In this document: positions 22,670 to 32,098 of the stretch, one piece after another | Position numbering within the stretch: the first letter of the stretch is position 1 | How the letters are laid out: each line of letters begins with the position of its first letter | Made by a program: the position numbers and the translations under genes | The notes under the pieces: generated by a model | What the model saw: the letters and a program-made list of their open reading frames with translations, nothing else | Told to the model about the DNA's origin: nothing | Database searches by the model: none | Assembly (NCBI GenBank): GCA_015233145.1 | Contig: JADFYI010000002.1 | Location: 120,858-184,857, forward strand | DNA length: 64,000 nucleotides | Source: Candidatus Omnitrophota bacterium | GTDB lineage: Bacteria; Omnitrophota; Gorgyraeia; Zapsychrales; Fredricksoniimonadaceae | Direction of reading: 5' to 3'

Positions 22670-23134
22670 TTAAATGATAATCTGTTTTGCCTTCTCTATT
22701 TTTTCTATGGGAACCAGCCATTCTTCGCCTTTCACGACAAGCATGAGCTCGTCTTCACGAACCCCGTTCAATGTCGCGTCTGTTTCCCTTTTCCCGCGCA
22801 CCGGTTCTTTAAAAAAAACATGGATACCCCGCCCCACCACGCGGCGAAAATCCCGATAATTCAAAAGCGGCCTGTCCAAACCCGGCGAGGACACTTCCAG
22901 CGTATAGTTGTCGCCAAGCATTAACTCGTTATAAAGAACATGGTCAAGTTTCTGATTTAAAAGGCTGCATTCTTCAAGCCCGATCCCGCCGGTAGGCCTG
23001 TCTGCAAAAACCTGAACAGCCAAAGAATCATGATAAGGGTTAAGCCTTACCTCAACAATCTCAATACCGATCTCATCGGCAATAGAAACCGCGCGCCTTG
23101 AAATATTTTCTTTTAACTCGTCCAACCTTCCCAT
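22670..23134 (-). CDS. rimP: ribosome maturation factor RimP
   Basis: 154 aa in the rimP-nusA-infB synteny, with LEVSSPGLDRPL. Confidence 0.9.
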   Translation of the reverse strand: MGRLDELKENISRRAVSIADEIGIEIVEVRLNPYHDSLAVQVFADRPTGGIGLEECSLLNQKLDHVLYNELMLGDNYTLEVSSPGLDRPLLNYRDFRRVVGRGIHVFFKEPVRGKRETDATLNGVREDELMLVVKGEEWLVPIEKIEKAKQIII

Positions 23135-23143
23135 AAAGATACC

Positions 23144-24328
23144 TTATTTTCCAGCCAATGCCAACATTCTTCCCACCGCCGCATCTTTGGGTAATACTTC
23201 AACCTGGGAGGTCGCACGATTCTTGATTTCAACCTTTCCTTCGGCGAGCGTCCGCTTGCCGATGGTGATCCGAAAAGGCAAACCAATCAAGTCTGCATCA
23301 TTAAATTTCCGTCCCGCGCTCTCGTCGCGGTCGTCCATTAGAACATCAATCTTGCATTTTGTCAACTCGTCATAATATTGTTCCGCCAGCCCCATCACTT
23401 CGGGATCCGAAGGCTGAAGCGGTAAAATCTCGACAAGGAAAGGCGCCACTTCCTGGGGCCACTTAATGCCCTTGTCATCGTTATGAACTTCAATGATGGT
23501 TGAAATAAGCCTGCTTACGCCAATGCCGTAACAGCCCATAATCATGGGCTGCTGTTTTCCCTGTTCATCCAGGTAAACCGCGCCTAAAGCTTCGGAATAT
23601 TTGGTGCCTAGCTGAAAAATATGGCCAACCTCAATGGCTTGATGCTCAATACCGTCTTCGTCTTTGGCCTTATCTTCGCCAATGGGTGCCGGCACCAAAA
23701 ACTCGTGGGACAAGCGCCCGCCCATGGCCCCGGTATCAGCCTCGGCAATAATAGGTTTAAGCCCGCAACGGTCAAAAATTTTCTTATACGCCGCATACAT
23801 GGCGTCGTAATTCTTCTTTAAGCCCTCCAGGGAAGTGTCAAAGCTGTAAGCATCTTTCATGATAAATTCACAGGCGCGCACAACGCCGAAACGAGGCCTG
23901 GTCTCATCACGGAACTTGGTCTGGATCTGGTAAAGCGTCACCGGAAGCTGACGGTAGGACTGAACAAATGATTTCACAAGGTCTGTAATAATCTCCTCAT
24001 GCGTCGGCCCCAGGCACATGGAAGTGCCTTTTTTATTTTTGAAACGAATCATGACCTCTTCAAGCGTTTTGTCACGCCCTGTCTTTTGCCAGATCTCGAG
24101 CGGCTGGATCGCCGGCATTAAAAGCTCATGGGCACCGGCGGCATTCATTTCTTCACGAATAATGTTTTCAATCTTTGAAAGGACGCGCCATCCCAAAGGC
24201 AAATAGGAATATACCCCTGAGGTCAGCATATGAACCAGCCCCGAACGCAAAAGGAGCTGGTGGCTTACCGCCTCAGTCCCTGTCGGAACCTCTTTGATCG
24301 TTGGAAGAAAATATTTTGACCACTTCAT
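23144..24328 (-). CDS. proS: proline--tRNA ligase, bacterial type without the INS editing domain
   Basis: 394 aa from MKWSKYFLPTIKEVP (ATG 24328). The track ORF extends to 24460 into the upstream gene. Class II motifs and a C-terminal anticodon-binding domain are present, with only about 15 aa between motifs 2 and 3. Confidence 0.9.
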   Translation of the reverse strand: MKWSKYFLPTIKEVPTGTEAVSHQLLLRSGLVHMLTSGVYSYLPLGWRVLSKIENIIREEMNAAGAHELLMPAIQPLEIWQKTGRDKTLEEVMIRFKNKKGTSMCLGPTHEEIITDLVKSFVQSYRQLPVTLYQIQTKFRDETRPRFGVVRACEFIMKDAYSFDTSLEGLKKNYDAMYAAYKKIFDRCGLKPIIAEADTGAMGGRLSHEFLVPAPIGEDKAKDEDGIEHQAIEVGHIFQLGTKYSEALGAVYLDEQGKQQPMIMGCYGIGVSRLISTIIEVHNDDKGIKWPQEVAPFLVEILPLQPSDPEVMGLAEQYYDELTKCKIDVLMDDRDESAGRKFNDADLIGLPFRITIGKRTLAEGKVEIKNRATSQVEVLPKDAAVGRMLALAGK

Positions 24329-24347
24329 AAAAAACCTTTCTTGCGGG

Positions 24348-25625
24348 CTATTCGCTGAATTCCTTAGGAAGACGGATATTGCGCTTGACAAATTTATCGC
24401 TGAACGATGGAAGCTTATGGTTAAACACCCACTCTCCGTGGACCTTGTTATTCTCGTCAATCCGATCCTGTTTAAAACTATAAACGTCCTCCAGCGCCAC
24501 CGTGTCCAGCTGCCTGTCGTAACGAAGGTCTGTAATATTCACAATACGCCTCACGCCATCCATAAACAGTTCTGAATAAACAAGGAGGTCAATGGAAGTC
24601 GCAATCTGGCGGCGAATTTGATCTCCAGTCAAACGGATCCCTGACATGAGCATCATGGTAATCATACGGTTAAAACATTCTTCCGGAGAATCGGCGTGAA
24701 CAATGGCCAGCGTTCCTGAATGCCCCGAAGAAATAGACTGGATCATATCAAGGATTTCCTCTCCTCTCACCTCACCCACGATAATACGATCCGGCCGCAT
24801 GCGCAGTGAATTAACAAAAAGATCACGGATCGTGATGGCGCCACGGCCTTCGATATTGGAAGCCTTGGCCTGAAGGTTCACAATATGCTCCTGGTACAAC
24901 CTCAACTCCGAAGTATCTTCAATAGTAATAATGCGCTCATCCTCAGGAATGTGGCGTGACAAAACGTTGAGTAACGTTGTTTTTCCCGACCCTGTGGCCC
25001 CGCAAAACACAATATTCAGCTTTGCCTTAATCGCTGATGTTAAAAATGAAGCCATGGCTTTGTTAAGCGTGCCCAGTTCAATCAGATTATCTACCGTCGT
25101 AATATCCCTTGAAAATTTACGGACAGTGACAACCGGGCCAATCATGGCACAGGGGGGAATAATAATGTTCACCCGCGAGCCATCCGGCATGGAAAAATCC
25201 ACATAAGGCTGGGATTCATCCACGCGCCGGTTAGAGCCGGATGCCGCTATAATTTTCTGGATCGTGTGCATCAGCTGGCCGTTGTCCTCAAACCTGACAT
25301 TGGACAGGACAATTTTACCGTCCTTCTGATAATAAACCTGTTTATGGCCATTGATCATGATCTCGGTCACATCCTTGTCTTCCATCAAAGGACGAATCGG
25401 GCCTAAACTCACAACTGCGCTTGCAAGCTCACGGATTAACCGCGTGCGGTCTTCAAAAGAAATCTTTAAATCTGATTCCTGGCAGAGGCTCACAATGGCC
25501 TTATCAACAAACAAGCGAAGCTGGTCTTCATTCATGCTGTCTTTGACGGCAATGAACTCTGTTTTTGCAATAAGATACCTGTGAATCCTGGCTTTCACTT
25601 CTTCGTATTCTGACTGAATAGGCAT
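24348..25625 (-). CDS. cpaF: CpaF/TadA-type secretion ATPase (type II/IV secretion NTPase family)
   Basis: 425 aa with Walker A GATGSGKTTLLN. It has a CpaF-like N-terminal domain and a His-box region (SGHSGTLAIVHA). Confidence 0.85.
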   Translation of the reverse strand: MPIQSEYEEVKARIHRYLIAKTEFIAVKDSMNEDQLRLFVDKAIVSLCQESDLKISFEDRTRLIRELASAVVSLGPIRPLMEDKDVTEIMINGHKQVYYQKDGKIVLSNVRFEDNGQLMHTIQKIIAASGSNRRVDESQPYVDFSMPDGSRVNIIIPPCAMIGPVVTVRKFSRDITTVDNLIELGTLNKAMASFLTSAIKAKLNIVFCGATGSGKTTLLNVLSRHIPEDERIITIEDTSELRLYQEHIVNLQAKASNIEGRGAITIRDLFVNSLRMRPDRIIVGEVRGEEILDMIQSISSGHSGTLAIVHADSPEECFNRMITMMLMSGIRLTGDQIRRQIATSIDLLVYSELFMDGVRRIVNITDLRYDRQLDTVALEDVYSFKQDRIDENNKVHGEWVFNHKLPSFSDKFVKRNIRLPKEFSE

Positions 25626-25640
25626 GGAGCCCCCCGCTTA

Positions 25641-26753
25641 TTATTTAAAGAAATGTATCACTTTATCGATAAGCCCGATTCGTTCAAAATCAACATAAAA
25701 GACAAAAAGAGCCAAAACAATAATAAGCCCGAAACCAACTCTTGTAATAATATCTTCAGCTTTCGGGGAAAGCGGCCTTGAGCGAAGTTTCTCCAATCCC
25801 AGCAAAGCCAAATGCCCGCCGTCAAGAGGGATTAAAGGCAAAAGGTTAAAAATTGCCAGACTTGCGCTGATCACCCCAATAATATGCAGAAGAAATGCAA
25901 ATCCGACACTGGCAGCAAACTTGATAATAAAAAATATCCCGATAAGCCCGGTCATGCCTTCCTTGGCTGACCGCGCGCCAATCACAATTTCCCATAGCGA
26001 ACTGTACGTTTTGGCTGTCACAAGCCAAAGCTCCTGGCCAGCCTTCTTGAATGCCCCCCGCACGCCGTAACGCTTCACAAAAGCCTTATCAATCTCCTGG
26101 GACTGGTCAGGCTGAACGCCGATACGGCTCACAGGATGTTCGCGGCCAAAAATATCTTTTGATATTTGGCTCTCCGGTGTCACTTTGAGAGAAACCTGTT
26201 CCTGGCCCCGAGCCACAACCATGTCCAGAGTTTTACCCCCAGAGCCCATAACCTCATCCTGCATCACGCTCCAGCCTGCCACAGCATGGGTGCCGATCTT
26301 GACCACCGTATCCCCGACCTTAACCCCTGCCTTCTCGGCCGGAGAACCTGCCATGACCTTGCCGATCTTGGCGGGTAAGGCTTTCATGGAGGCATCGAGA
26401 TCAACATACCCGACCATAAAAACAACCACAAAACAAAAATAGGCAAGCGCATAATTGACAACCGGCCCCATCAAAGCGATCAAAGCCCGGTGCCCTGGAG
26501 ATTTTGAAAAAAATTCATCCGTCATCCCCTGGCATTTATCCCGTTCATCTCCAGCCATCTTGACATACCCGCCCAGAGGAATGGCGCAAAGCCGGTAATC
26601 CGTCCCGCCGGATTTCCAGGAGAATATCTTCGGGCCGAACCCGAGCGCAAACTCCTCCACCCTGACCCCGAGTTTTCGGGCCATCAGAAAATGCCCGGCT
26701 TCATGAACAATAATAAGAATGCTCAAAACAAGAACAAATATAAGAAACGTCAT
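25641..26753 (-). CDS. rseP: RIP zinc metalloprotease RseP (site-2 protease, M50)
   Basis: 370 aa with HEAGHF, one PDZ region and a C-terminal LDGG motif. Confidence 0.93.
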   Translation of the reverse strand: MTFLIFVLVLSILIIVHEAGHFLMARKLGVRVEEFALGFGPKIFSWKSGGTDYRLCAIPLGGYVKMAGDERDKCQGMTDEFFSKSPGHRALIALMGPVVNYALAYFCFVVVFMVGYVDLDASMKALPAKIGKVMAGSPAEKAGVKVGDTVVKIGTHAVAGWSVMQDEVMGSGGKTLDMVVARGQEQVSLKVTPESQISKDIFGREHPVSRIGVQPDQSQEIDKAFVKRYGVRGAFKKAGQELWLVTAKTYSSLWEIVIGARSAKEGMTGLIGIFFIIKFAASVGFAFLLHIIGVISASLAIFNLLPLIPLDGGHLALLGLEKLRSRPLSPKAEDIITRVGFGLIIVLALFVFYVDFERIGLIDKVIHFFK

Positions 26754-26754
26754 T

Positions 26755-27909
26755 TTATCCTTTCAAATATCCTTTGGCCTTTAACCTGGACTCTTGATCT
26801 GCCTGCTGAATATTACGCAGGGATGGCATTTTCACAGTTTTAAAATTCATGACCACTTTTTCAACAACCTTGTAAATAGATGTGAACGTGATCTTCCCTT
26901 GAAGAAACGCCTCAACCGCAACTTCATCCGCAGCATTGAGAACCGCTGGAAAAATTCCGCCCTTTTTAGCCACATGATACGCCAGGGCCAATGCCGGAAA
27001 AGTACGCGTATCAGGCTTTTTAAATGTCAAGGTCTTCAGTTCTGCCAAATCAAGATGCCTTAACCCTGTCGGCAATCGATCAGGATATGTCAGGGCATAT
27101 TGAATCGGCAGGCGCATGTCTGTCACACCGAGCTGGGCCAGGCAGGCGCCGTCGTTAAATTCCACCATGGAATGAATAACAGCCTCGGGATGCACTAGGA
27201 CATCCACCTGGTCTGCCGTAAGGTCAAAAAGGCGCATGGCCTCAATCACCTCAAACCCTTTATTCATAAGGGTTGCGGAATCAACGGTAATTTTTGCCCC
27301 CATTCGCCAGCGCGGATGCGCCAAAATCTGACGCATGGAAAGCTTGTCCTGCTTTGCCAACGGGACATTACAAAGAGCTCCTCCTGAGGCCGTAAGGTGG
27401 ATACTCTTTAAATCCGCCAGGTCTTTGCGCCCATCCAGGCATTGAAATATTGCGCTCTGTTCGCTGTCCACAGGAATCACCCTGGCCCCGGCTTTTGACG
27501 CCTCAGCCATAATGATGTCCCCGGCCATGACCAAGGCCTCCTTATTCGACGGCGCAATGATTTTCCCTGCCTGGGCAGCCCTTAAAAAAGGCGCCAGAGC
27601 CGCGGCCCCGGACATGGCAATCACCACAATATCAATATCCCGCCGCGCTACCAATTCCGCAAGCCCTGTCTCAACATCAAAGAAATCAACGTTGCGGCCA
27701 AATTTTTCCTTCAAACAGGAAAAATGTTCCCTGGAAAACGCAAGATAATCCGGCTTAAAACGCCTGGCCTGTTTTTGCAGAACCGAAATATTATTATACG
27801 CCGTCAAAGCCGCAACCTCAAAGCGGTCAGGAAAGCGTTCGATGACCCTGAGCGTATTGATCCCTACGGAACCGGTGGCCCCTAAGACAGCGACTCTTTT
27901 TTTTCTCAT
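26755..27909 (-). CDS. dxr: 1-deoxy-D-xylulose 5-phosphate reductoisomerase
   Basis: 384 aa with GATGSVG and full-length Dxr similarity. Confidence 0.96.
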   Translation of the reverse strand: MRKKRVAVLGATGSVGINTLRVIERFPDRFEVAALTAYNNISVLQKQARRFKPDYLAFSREHFSCLKEKFGRNVDFFDVETGLAELVARRDIDIVVIAMSGAAALAPFLRAAQAGKIIAPSNKEALVMAGDIIMAEASKAGARVIPVDSEQSAIFQCLDGRKDLADLKSIHLTASGGALCNVPLAKQDKLSMRQILAHPRWRMGAKITVDSATLMNKGFEVIEAMRLFDLTADQVDVLVHPEAVIHSMVEFNDGACLAQLGVTDMRLPIQYALTYPDRLPTGLRHLDLAELKTLTFKKPDTRTFPALALAYHVAKKGGIFPAVLNAADEVAVEAFLQGKITFTSIYKVVEKVVMNFKTVKMPSLRNIQQADQESRLKAKGYLKG

Positions 27910-28736
27910 GGCTTGAGCAAATTAAGCGTTGAACTCATATAAAGATAAAAAGCCGGCGCTGAAAACAAAAGACTGTCAATAATGTCCAAAACGCCTCCCA
28001 TGCCTGGTAAAAGTTTCCCGGAATCTTTGACTTCGCAATCACGTTTAATAAGAGATTCTGATAAATCGCCGAGCTGGCCCAACCCGCCAAAAAAACACCC
28101 CATGACAGCAATAAACGGTAGCGTAAAATAAGGAACCGGCGGAAGCCATGTATGGCAAAGGACAGCCGCCAGTGCGCTGAATAAAAGCCCCCCCAAGGTT
28201 CCTTCAACGGATTTATTGGGGCTCACCTTGGGTAACAGCGGGTGTTTCCCCATCCATGTCCCAACCAAAAGCGCGCCAACATCTCCCGCCTTGGTGACCG
28301 TAATAATAAACGCTACCAGTTTGGCGCCCGATACCCCTGGCAAAAGAAGCTTGATCTTGACCAGAAAACTGAGAAACCATGATACATACAAAACCGCAAA
28401 AAGCGTTGTGGAAAGTCCGATGACAGCATTGCGGTTGTCTTCACGCGCGAATTGCAGCATAAGGATGAGAAGAAACGTACAGACAATAAAAAGAAGTTCC
28501 CAGTTTTTTGTGAGCTCAAAATGTGTGGCAATGGATAACGGGATAAGAAGCCCGATAAAAATACCGGTATAACTGTAAATGGGGATACCCTTTTTCTTTT
28601 TTAAAAGATAAAAAAATTCGTAGAGGCCTCCCAGCGTCAGCAGGCAAATAACAGCAATAAAAAGCCAGTCGTTCATGATGGCCATAGCCGTCAGAAGAAC
28701 GCCAACAAGACTGCTCATAACACGTTTTAAATTCAT
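27906..28736 (-). CDS. cdsA: phosphatidate cytidylyltransferase
   Basis: 276 aa polytopic protein. The C-terminal SLIKRDCEVKDSGKLLPGMGGVLD is the CdsA signature. Confidence 0.92.
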   Translation of the reverse strand: MNLKRVMSSLVGVLLTAMAIMNDWLFIAVICLLTLGGLYEFFYLLKKKKGIPIYSYTGIFIGLLIPLSIATHFELTKNWELLFIVCTFLLILMLQFAREDNRNAVIGLSTTLFAVLYVSWFLSFLVKIKLLLPGVSGAKLVAFIITVTKAGDVGALLVGTWMGKHPLLPKVSPNKSVEGTLGGLLFSALAAVLCHTWLPPVPYFTLPFIAVMGCFFGGLGQLGDLSESLIKRDCEVKDSGKLLPGMGGVLDIIDSLLFSAPAFYLYMSSTLNLLKP

Positions 28737-29482
28737 TTCTTATCCTTTTCAAGCGAAGCTTGAAGATGCCCAAAACGGCGTTCCCTGTGGGCATAATCTG
28801 TCATGGCCTTAAGAAATTCGTTTTCTGTAAAATCCGGCCAGTATTTCTCAGTGAAATACAATTCAGCATAAGACAACTGCCATAAAAGGAAATTGCTGAT
28901 ACGCTTTTCACCGGAAGTCCTGATCAATAAATCCGGGTCTGGAAGGCCCCGGGTATAAAGATACGAAGAAAATAACGCATCATCAATGCCCTGGGGATCA
29001 ATTTTCCCAGACTGACAATCCTTGACGATCGAGCTCACCGCGTCAAGGATTTCCTGCCTCCCGCCGTAATTAAAGGCAATATTCAAAACAAGGCCGTCAT
29101 TATTTCTGGTATATTCCGCCACCCTGTCAAAAGTTTCCAAAACCTTGCGCGGCGCGCCCTGACGCCGGCCTGAAACACAAAAACGCACATTATTGTCATG
29201 CAGCTTCTTTAGCTTCATTTCCAAGGCTGAAACAAGGGTTTGCATCAGAAGCGAAACTTCTGTCTCCGGGCGGTTCCAGTTCTCGGTTGAAAATGTAAAA
29301 AGCGTCAGGATCTTGACCCCGAAATTCTTTGCGACTTCCACGATTTCATCAACACGTTTAACGCCTTCAATATGGCCTTGTGTCCGCGGCAAGCCCCGTT
29401 CCCTGGCCCAGCGGCCATTGCCATCCATAATAATGGCGACATGAGCGGGAATGTTATTTTGTGCTGATTCTGTTATTTCCAC
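28733..29482 (-). CDS. uppS: ditrans,polycis-undecaprenyl-diphosphate synthase
   Basis: 249 aa with a GTG start and HVAIIMDGNGRWA. Confidence 0.95.
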   Translation of the reverse strand: MEITESAQNNIPAHVAIIMDGNGRWARERGLPRTQGHIEGVKRVDEIVEVAKNFGVKILTLFTFSTENWNRPETEVSLLMQTLVSALEMKLKKLHDNNVRFCVSGRRQGAPRKVLETFDRVAEYTRNNDGLVLNIAFNYGGRQEILDAVSSIVKDCQSGKIDPQGIDDALFSSYLYTRGLPDPDLLIRTSGEKRISNFLLWQLSYAELYFTEKYWPDFTENEFLKAMTDYAHRERRFGHLQASLEKDKK

Positions 29483-29503
29483 AACTTAAAACCCCTTATC
29501 CCC

Positions 29504-29534
29504 TAAATAAAAGAAGGGGATACATGATATCCCC
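29504..29534 (-). terminator. intrinsic terminator after the coiled-coil gene
   Basis: Minus strand GGGGAUA (29534..29528), loop UCAUG, UAUCCCC (29522..29516), then UUCUUUUAUUUA (29515..29504). Confidence 0.55.
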
Positions 29535-29596
29535 CATGACACCGTTCACAAACACTTTTCGCCATCCGACAACGCTAAGAACTCAGTGCTATGGAA

Positions 29597-30085
29597 CTAC
29601 TTCGATGCCGCTGCTGCATTCGTGGCGGCCGCCGACGCCTGCGCTTCCCTCAGGGCCTCTTCTCGCGCAGCCTTGGCATTGGCCTCTTCCAGCTGGGCCT
29701 GGGCCGCAAGGACGCGGGCCTCAGCATCCTTTTTCATGCGCTCAAGGTCAGCCTTGCGCTTAAGGGCCTCATCAAGATACTTTTGGAGGCTCTCTTTGGT
29801 ATGCCCCACCTCTTCGAGCTGGGTCTTGACCTCTTGATTGACTTCTTTTTCCTTATCAAGCGATTCCTGCATCTTGGCAAGCTTGACCTGGGTTGTCTGC
29901 AAATCCGCCTCGAGCTTTTTGATCCGGTAATCGCTCTTTTGAAGTTCCTCTTCCGCGCTCATGCGGCTGTAACGCTCCTGGTCAAGGCTCTTGGTGACCT
30001 CGGAATTCTCTTTATTAAACTTGATCAAAAGTAAAACGCTCACAGCCGCAACGAGCAAAACAAGAAACAATATAAAGTTTTTCAC
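29597..30085 (-). CDS. membrane-anchored coiled-coil protein (hypothetical)
   Basis: 162 aa with an N-terminal TM, heptad-rich charged sequence and an Ala-rich C-terminus. Confidence 0.6.
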   Translation of the reverse strand: MKNFILFLVLLVAAVSVLLLIKFNKENSEVTKSLDQERYSRMSAEEELQKSDYRIKKLEADLQTTQVKLAKMQESLDKEKEVNQEVKTQLEEVGHTKESLQKYLDEALKRKADLERMKKDAEARVLAAQAQLEEANAKAAREEALREAQASAAATNAAAASK

Positions 30086-30100
30086 AACAAACTCCCTAAC

Positions 30101-30742
30101 CTATTTCTCCATCTCCTCAGCCGGCTGCTTGGCAGCCTTGGGAAGAATAACAATCTCAACCCGACGATTTTTCTGGCGGCCTTCTTTGGAGTCATTCGAC
30201 GCCATCGGGTGGTACTCGCCATACCCGGTTGCAGCCAAACGCTCAGGCGCGACATCTTTCTCAATCAAATAATGAAGAACGCTCAAAGCCCGCGCAGAAG
30301 AAAGCTCCCAGTTGCTTTTCCAGCTGGAATGCTTAATCGGTTCATTATCCGTATGCCCCTCAACACCGACATTGAGATCAACAACCGTTGTCTTTAAAAC
30401 AGAAGAGACTTTCTCAAGCTTCTGCAAAGAATCATCCTTAAGATCAGCCTTGCCTGAATCAAAAAGGACCTCGGCCACAAAGGTAATAACAAGCCCCTTT
30501 TCGAGCATTTCAACCTTGACCTCTTTGTCTGAAATTTCCTTGGAAAGGCGGTCTTCCAGCTCTTTTTTGGCGCGCTCGAGCTCAGAAAGTTCGTTTTTCA
30601 GGCGCGATATTTTTTCCACATCCACCCTGCGGCCTTTCTGAAAAATAACAGTGCAGCCCGAAAAAGATATGGCAAGAATTACCGTCGAGAAAATAATCAG
30701 AAAATTGAACACACCCCTGGACATCTTCGCCTCCTTTTTCAA
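30101..30742 (-). CDS. OmpA/MotB-family peptidoglycan-binding protein with coiled-coil segment (probable lipoprotein)
   Basis: 213 aa with the lipobox-like ISFSGC. OmpA_C motifs are GHTDNEPI and NRRVEIVI. Confidence 0.85.
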   Translation of the reverse strand: MKKEAKMSRGVFNFLIIFSTVILAISFSGCTVIFQKGRRVDVEKISRLKNELSELERAKKELEDRLSKEISDKEVKVEMLEKGLVITFVAEVLFDSGKADLKDDSLQKLEKVSSVLKTTVVDLNVGVEGHTDNEPIKHSSWKSNWELSSARALSVLHYLIEKDVAPERLAATGYGEYHPMASNDSKEGRQKNRRVEIVILPKAAKQPAEEMEK

Positions 30743-30801
30743 TGCCTCAAATTATCATGGACGTTTTTCAAAGTCAAGGGATAACAGGCTTCTCTCCGTC
30801 A

Positions 30802-32073
30802 TTAACGGACAATAATTTCGTCGCGCTCAGAGCCGATGGAAATATATTTGATCGGAACTCCCACAAGTTCTTCCATGCGCTCCACATAGGCGCGAGCCTG
30901 GGGTGGAAGTTTCCTGAATTCGCGCACAGCATTAATGGGCTTTTGCCAACCCGGCATTTCAATGTAAACAGGCTTTGCCCGGCAGATAACCTCATAATCA
31001 TGAGAAAAATCTTTTAATATCTTCCCCTTATACTTATAGGCAGAACAAAGCTTTATGGTTTTTAATTCATCCAGGACATCCAGTTTCATGATGGCCAGTT
31101 CGTCAAATCCGCCGGTCACAGCGGCATAACGCACCAAGACACTGTCAAACCATCCGCAGCGGCGCGCCCTCCCTGTGGTCGCGCCGAATTCTTTTCCCTT
31201 GGCGCGGATTTCTTCATCCATCTTGGGGTCAAATTCCGTTGGGAAAGGGCCTTCGCCGACACGCGTGGTATACGCCTTGACCGCAGCAATCACCTTGTCA
31301 ATACTGGTCACAGCAACCCCGCTGCCGCTCGGCGCACCGCCAACCGTAGTATTGGACGATGTCACATACGGGTATGTCCCGAAGTCAATATCCAGAAACG
31401 CACCCTGGGCGCCTTCGAAAAGCACTGATTTCTTTTTGGAAATTTCTTCATTCACAAAAAGGGCGGTATCACAAACATAAGCCCTAAGCCTTCTGGCATA
31501 CGTCATATACTCGCTGTAAATCTCGTCAAAATGAAAACCCTTTTGATTAAAAACCTTCTTGAAATATTCGTTCTTCTCGCGGAGGTTATCCTGAAGCTTT
31601 GCGCGAAAAACCCGGGGGTTTAAAAGATCCACCATGCGGATGCCGCAACGGGTTACTTTATCAGCATAACAAGGGCCGATACCGCGGCCGGTCGTGCCGA
31701 TCTTGTGTTCTCTCATCTTTTCACGAAGGCCATCCAGGATGCGGTGATACGGCATCACAACATGGCTGTTCACCGCAATTTTAAGCTGTTTCGGCGTGAC
31801 CGCAATCCCGCGCCTTTTTAGTCCGTCCATCTCCTCCAAAAGGGCCTTGGGATCAACCACGACGCCATTGCCAATGACGCAAATTTTCCCCTTGCGCAGA
31901 ATCGCGGAGGGAAGAAGGTGAAAAACATACTGTTCATCCCCGACCCTCACCGTATGACCCGCATTGCTCCCACCCTGGTAGCGCACAGTAATATCCACGT
32001 CTTTTGAAAGGATATCAATCAGTTTCCCTTTTCCTTCATCACCCCACTGGGCGCCTACAACCACAATATTCAT
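30802..32073 (-). CDS. purA: adenylosuccinate synthetase
   Basis: 423 aa with GAQWGDEGKGK. Confidence 0.97.
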   Translation of the reverse strand: MNIVVVGAQWGDEGKGKLIDILSKDVDITVRYQGGSNAGHTVRVGDEQYVFHLLPSAILRKGKICVIGNGVVVDPKALLEEMDGLKRRGIAVTPKQLKIAVNSHVVMPYHRILDGLREKMREHKIGTTGRGIGPCYADKVTRCGIRMVDLLNPRVFRAKLQDNLREKNEYFKKVFNQKGFHFDEIYSEYMTYARRLRAYVCDTALFVNEEISKKKSVLFEGAQGAFLDIDFGTYPYVTSSNTTVGGAPSGSGVAVTSIDKVIAAVKAYTTRVGEGPFPTEFDPKMDEEIRAKGKEFGATTGRARRCGWFDSVLVRYAAVTGGFDELAIMKLDVLDELKTIKLCSAYKYKGKILKDFSHDYEVICRAKPVYIEMPGWQKPINAVREFRKLPPQARAYVERMEELVGVPIKYISIGSERDEIIVR

Positions 32074-32098
32074 GGATTTCCTTTAACTCCGTTAACAG

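Noticed and set aside
24329-24460. N-terminal extensions in the track ORFs for proS (to 24460), tig (to 37211), glnK (to 11788), dusB (from 55532), clpP (to 36222) and lptA (to 38821)
   Set aside because: The extensions overlap upstream genes or promoters, lack an SD, and precede the conserved family N-termini. Internal starts with an SD or ATGA coupling were preferred.
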